Below, one piece after another: positions 58,156-64,000 of a stretch of 64,000 bases of DNA. The notes below the pieces were generated by a model. The model saw nothing but the letters and a program-made list of their open reading frames with translations, ran no database searches and had not been told where the DNA came from. Source of the stretch: Eledone cirrhosa (taxonomy: Eukaryota). The DNA lies in contig OZ024743.1 in assembly GCA_964016885.1 (NCBI GenBank), positions 243,846,001 through 243,910,000 on the forward strand, in the 5' to 3' direction. Made by a program: the position numbers and the translations under genes. Within the stretch, counting starts at the first letter, position 1; each line of letters opens with the position of its first letter.

Positions 58156-58157
<2 letters not shown>
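57963..58157 (+). mobile_element. Fold-back insert with 79-nt tail in (TA)n
   Basis: Arms centred on ctgtacag; same family as 35226. Confidence 0.8.
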
Positions 58158-58223
<66 letters not shown>

Positions 58224-58225
<2 letters not shown>

Positions 58226-58263
58226 GAGCTGAAGATTCGCTAAGGTGAAACAATTGTTCTCGG
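58224..58263 (+). ncRNA. Minimal type I hammerhead candidate in a 75-bp insert
   Basis: ccgag-CTGAAGA-ttcgctaaggt-GAAAC-aatt-GTT-ctcgg; 5-bp stem I, palindromic stem III, weak stem II. Confidence 0.75.
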
Positions 58264-58294
58264 TATGGTGAACTAACTGTTGTGTAACCACTTC

Positions 58295-58338
<44 letters not shown>

Positions 58339-58770
58339 TATGTCATTTATTTTGTCTGACCTGTTTAGCTTGACTTGTTTTGGGGGCTTAAGTGGTTTAT
58401 GGCTTCTTGACCACCTTCTCAGTTTTGTATGGCCTTTATAACCTATGTTTATTGATTTGAGGATAAACACTATTTTTCGTAGAAGTAATTCCCTACCCCT
58501 CTCTCTATCTCTCGATCTCTCTTACTCACTCTCATTCCTTTTCCATAAAGATATATGAACCACACCACCACCACTCTCCTTTCTCTCTCTCTCTCCCCAT
58601 ACACACACGGACACACTCATACCACCCCCTTTCCAGTTGGCCAGCCCTTTTACACCACCGAAACAATTGTAGACTATTTCCTTTCTCCTACTGCTGGAAC
58701 AAAAGGATGACGTCAGTCGTCTCGAACACATGGAGTATTGAGCCTGTTTGCTTGGAAACAAACGGAATGT

Positions 58771-58947
58771 TAATAATTGTTTCTACTTTTGGCACAAGGC
58801 CAGCAATTACCACAGTGCATTACTGGTACTTTATTTTATCGAACCCGTAAGGATGAAAGGCAAAGCTAACCTAGGCGAGATTTGAACTCAGAACGCAAAA
58901 GGCCGTAACTCTATGCTGCAAATCATGGCGTCCGACCCTGCCGATAC
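58771..58947 (-). mobile_element. SINE family A
   Basis: Reverse complement of head, core and tail. Confidence 0.9.
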
Positions 58948-59420
58948 AATATTATTATAATATTATCATCATTCACTCACGAATACATTTAGGTGTCCGC
59001 CATGTTAGAGCGAAAACAAATTTTGTTTATATATATATATATAAAAGTATATATATATATACGAATATATATAAATAAAAGTGTGTGTATATATATAACT
59101 TATACTTGGTGGTTGTTTCTAATTAAGCAGTAGAATTTCCATAGGGTCAGCTAGTACATAGTAAATATGTTAAAGTATTTTACTAGTCTCAGCAAATTTG
59201 CATTTGTCCTGCCAGCATTGTAACTTTGTTTTAGTGTTTCTTTGTGCTGTTTTATGCTAATTATCAAAGTTTAATACTCAAGATATGTTTTACAGTGAAT
59301 ACGTTTTTGGAGACTCTGTTATAAACTATTGAGGCTTGCCTGTCGCCTCTTATGCTAAATTTTTGTTTGATTATATTTTTGTTTCATTCTTTTGTAAGCT
59401 GTTACATTTGTTCAATTCAG

Positions 59421-59512
<92 letters not shown>

Positions 59513-59531
59513 GTATATATATATATGTATG

Positions 59532-59602
<71 letters not shown>

Positions 59603-60299
59603 ATGTATATATATATATATGATGAATAAGTATACTAATCACTCACCTTCTTTTTTTATTTCACGATTATTTCCGCAGATAAAATCTTTATATGTCGCGT
59701 CTGCTTCATGGCGATATGATTCCTTTAAGGTACGGCAATATTAAAAATATAAAATAAACCATGAACAGGCACAAAATAATATACATCTAAAGCAAGATCT
59801 GTTTGATCTTTATTAATCGATTTAAAATTCTCACAAGTAACTCCCCTTTCTTCGATGTACTAAGCGTAACACATTTCCTTTTCAGTTTTCCACTTTCGTC
59901 TTTCTGTTGGCCTTTATAGGCATGGCGCTAAATGAAAATTATAATCAATAGAGATAATTAGATGAATAAATGTAGAGAGGAGCAGGGATACAAATGAAAA
60001 CGAAAGTGACCGAGCAGCAAACTACTACGAAGCCTACCAGATTCAAAACCAGCCATGTTTTGTTGTTTGATTTTGAACCGATAGATGGTAATAGGTGCTT
60101 CTTTCAATTTTCCATTTGCAAATATTTATTCTTTGATTTATTCCTGTTGAAATGACGGCTAAACGTGCACTGTTTTCACTATGCACAAAAAACAACAACA
60201 ACAAAAAACAAAACAAAATAAAACAAAAAACAAACAAACTCACACACACACACAAAAAAAAGAGGTAAAATGTAACATTAAAAACCAAGAAGTATTTGT

Positions 60300-61400
60300 C
60301 GATGAACAATGAGCTGTAGATATTTGGAAGAAATCTCGGTCTGCAATCCAAACTGTACAAACAATTCGCAGTAATGCAAAAAAGAAAAACTTGTGTTCAA
60401 AGTATAACTCCTTTAGCTACTACAAAATTAACTAATTAACTAGGAATAGAACAAGCACAATGGAAAATATGAAAATACTTTTAAGTATATGGATAGAAGA
60501 CATATATCAGTGTAATTCTCCATTATCGCTACTTGTCATATAAATGAAAGTTTTAAGTCTATTTGATGACCTAATGAAAAAGCAAGGTTCTAGTGCTGAG
60601 AGCGAAAACTTCATAGCAAGTCGTGATTAGCTTGAGTATTTCAAGAATGGCTCCGAACTGCATACAGATTACAGGTGAATCTATAATTGCTGACAAAGAA
60701 AATGCCCCTGCTTTTCCAACTTCTCTGAAAAATATTATTGGTGGATTGGTAGTATCGGTAGAGGGCCGGACGCCATGCTTTCCACCATAGTTACGTCCCT
60801 TTACGATCTGAGTTCAAATCCCGCCGAGGTTGACTTTGCCTTTCATCCTTACGGGGTCGATAAAATAAAGTACCAGTAATGCACTGGGTAATTGCTGGCC
60901 TTGTGCCTAAAGTAGAAACAATTATTAAAGGAGGATACACATCGCAGCAAATTAGATAAGACAGTCCTGTTTGGGAAATGGATGCCAAAACTAACTTATG
61001 TTTCGACAGATGAACAAACTTTAGGAGATAAAATGTTCAAGCTATTGGTAGTTTATCATTCTGAAACATCCAGATGTGCCGTAAAAAGGTAGGCTTGCGT
61101 GTAGCATTCATTTCTTGATCACAGATTGAAATGGGTTACCTGAACCTCATCGTCTTGTTATATGGTGATCAAATATAAAGTAATATATCATCAGAACAGT
61201 ATTCAAAGATTGGTTTACTTCATGTTTCTGTCCGGTTGCCAAACAATATTTTCAGACTAAGAACTTTGTAAATAAAGCTATGCATCTTGTGAACATGGCT
61301 TCAGGTCACCTACCTAATTTAAAGGATCTGAAAGATTATGATCAAGTAGCTTTTTTGTCTCCAGAATCACTCAAATAACACATTTCAATCTAGGGACAAG
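60300..61400 (+). pseudogene. Decayed pogo/Tigger transposase interrupted by a SINE
   Basis: MENMKILLSIWIED, LSLFDDLMKKQG, FIASR, ITGESIIADKE, LKNII|KGGY, FKDWFTSCFCP, ASGH; boundaries approximate. Confidence 0.75.
60740..60927 (+). mobile_element. SINE family A
   Basis: Nearly identical to 20774-20958. Confidence 0.9.
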
Positions 61401-61599
61401 GAATGAATGCTACATGCAAGCCTTCCTTTTTACAGAACGTCTTGATGATGATGATGATAATGATGATGATGATTATCATCCTCATCATCATCTTCACCAC
61501 CACCGTAATGACTATTATTAACAGCATCAACAAGAGCAATGTTATCGTGAAGGATTCAAAAGCCTTAAATTACATTACAACTTATTTCTTTCCAGCTAT

Positions 61600-61702
61600 G
61601 AACAATATGAAATAAAGTGTACTGCCGTTGCATCTGGGAATCGAATCCATGACCTTATGATCATGAGCCGAATATCCTGACCACTAAACCACGCGCCTTC
61701 AC
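61600..61702 (-). mobile_element. SINE family B head
   Basis: Minus strand gaaggcgcgtggtttagtggtcagg...gattcgattccc...actttatttca. Confidence 0.75.
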
Positions 61703-62143
61703 CTAGCAATAATAGATAGCTATAGCAGAAACAAAACAACAAAAACAGCAACAACAACAACACCGACATCAATACAACGTAACAATGGTGACGATAACAA
61801 AGCAAAAGGGTTTATTAGTTTAAACTATCAAAAGAACATCCAAAATGGCGCCGAACCACGTCTTAACTGACTGAAGACATTTGTCTCCACAAACAATCTA
61901 CCCAGTTTTAGGTATCTGAACACCCTTATATCACACCCTTCAATTGTCTAATTCTTATCCACCCTTACACCAGGGGTGTTTATTGTGTATTTAACGAAAA
62001 CCATTGTCTTCTATATAAACAGATAGGCGCACATCTACGCACATAAAAACATGTACATTCGTACAGATGCGTATAGGTGCGTACATATGATGCTGTGTAT
62101 GTATACAAACATGTACCTGTATGTACGTGTATATACGTACATG

Positions 62144-62217
<74 letters not shown>

Positions 62218-62314
62218 CACACACATAAATGTATGTGCGTGTGTATGTATATATATATATGCACATAAATACCAATTTGTATGTATATATGTAAATATGT
62301 ACACACACACACAC

Positions 62315-62383
<69 letters not shown>

Positions 62384-62988
62384 TGTATGTGCGTGTGCTT
62401 ACATACATATATACATACATATATACGTATGTGACAATGGATATGCACACTGACTCTTTTATACCAAAGCGCGTTACGAAAATAAATAAGAACAAGCACT
62501 ACACTATTAAAGTATACATATGCACGCACACACACACCTACATGTATGCGAGTGTACCTGTATGTATGTATGTATCTATTGGTACTCTTTCCTCCTCACT
62601 GTTTCAGATGTTCACCCTCAGTCAGATCTGTTTCCATAAAAATACCAAATTCTCTACACAACTTACACTACTGTATTAAGAACGCCGCCTAATATAAAAA
62701 GAGGAGCGGGCTAATTTTAGCTTCGTTTCACTTCTTGTTTACGTGGAAACTAGTGTTGCTGCCGTTGGCGCTGATGGAAATGTCTTGTAAAAATGCCAGA
62801 TTACATCTGACCTCCTCACTCTTATGGCCATTCTTTTAAATGGTTATTCCACTCTCTCTTCTCTCCATTATCCTCTTTCTCTCTCCTCTTTATTTTTATT
62901 TTATTTGTGATTTTTATTCGTTTTTTGTTTTGTAATCAAGATAAACTAAACCGGGATTATTATATGAGGAGGAGATTTATGTGTGTGT

Positions 62989-63075
<87 letters not shown>

Positions 63076-63342
63076 ATGAACAGTTAGAGAAGGTGTAGAA
63101 TAATGATGACGAAGGTTGAAGAGGAGGATGAGGATGAGGAAGGAAGGAAGATAAACATTAGGGTGAAGCATTGTTTACTTGCATTGTGTGCATACACACA
63201 CCCACCCGACCGCATATTCAAACATGCCTACGTAAAATCTGAACACTGATATATACACACACATCTACACACACCAGCACACACACAAACACACACGTAC
63301 ATACACGCACACGCACACACACACACACATATATATATATAT

Positions 63343-63380
<38 letters not shown>

Positions 63381-64000
63381 ACATAAACATACACATACAC
63401 AGACAGACACCGACACACACATACACACGCACACATACACATACAGAAACACACTCACATACTCACACACACAGAAACACACACACAGAAACACACACAC
63501 ATGCACATACAAATACACACACAAACAGACACACACACAAATACACACATATATACACACACATATAATTGAAAACACATACTTGTCGAATATGAAAACA
63601 ATCTTAAGAATTATCAGGCAAAGCGGAGTAAGAGGGTCGCAGTATGATATGAAGAGTAAGTTGTAAGAAAGATATCTGTGTCGTGCTGTTTTATGAATAT
63701 ATAGATGTATAAAATGTGCCATCGGACAATGTAAATAAAAAGGACAGGCATTACAGTTGGGTCATCAGCTGGTATACGAGGCTCAAATGCAGTTTCGGAC
63801 CTTTAACACTTTCGCTACCATATTTCTTACGAAAGGCACGGACAATGGTTTTTAAATAAGTTCAATTATAGTGAAGAGGTTAGAGGGGTTTAGTAATAAA
63901 AATAAACTCTCGTTTTTTATTTTGGTATTTGAAACATAACTTAAATCCTCAGTTGAGATGACGGTGGATTGCTTTTAGATACAGATTTGCAAATAAAGAG

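Noticed and set aside
62680-62830. Unique-looking sequence that might be an exon or enhancer (also 7400-7900 and 58680-58765)
   Set aside because: No ORF, splice or homology evidence available from sequence alone

Overview
AT-rich, microsatellite-saturated eukaryotic DNA with no recognisable host exon. The SINE families and the (TA)n/(CA)n/(TATG)n load resemble an octopus/cephalopod genome (inference). Nearly all non-simple sequence is transposon-derived. It includes a young 5'-truncated L1/Tx1-type LINE, RTE and CRE LINE remnants, an internally deleted Helitron plus non-autonomous Helitrons, Tc1 and pogo/Tigger remnants, a hAT-type MITE, a solo LTR, many tRNA-headed SINEs, and Penelope-like elements (PLEs) of apparently three lineages. 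The most striking signal is non-coding. More than a dozen short inserts sit in (TA)n tracts, many as fold-back palindromes with a one-sided tail, and they carry about 15 intact or decayed hammerhead-ribozyme cores in several architectures, some with clear covariation. A second conserved RNA-like motif has the hammerhead core halves in permuted order (GAAAY-N21-23-CTGAYGA) and does not fit a ribozyme class I can name. All folds were read by eye; none was computed or tested.
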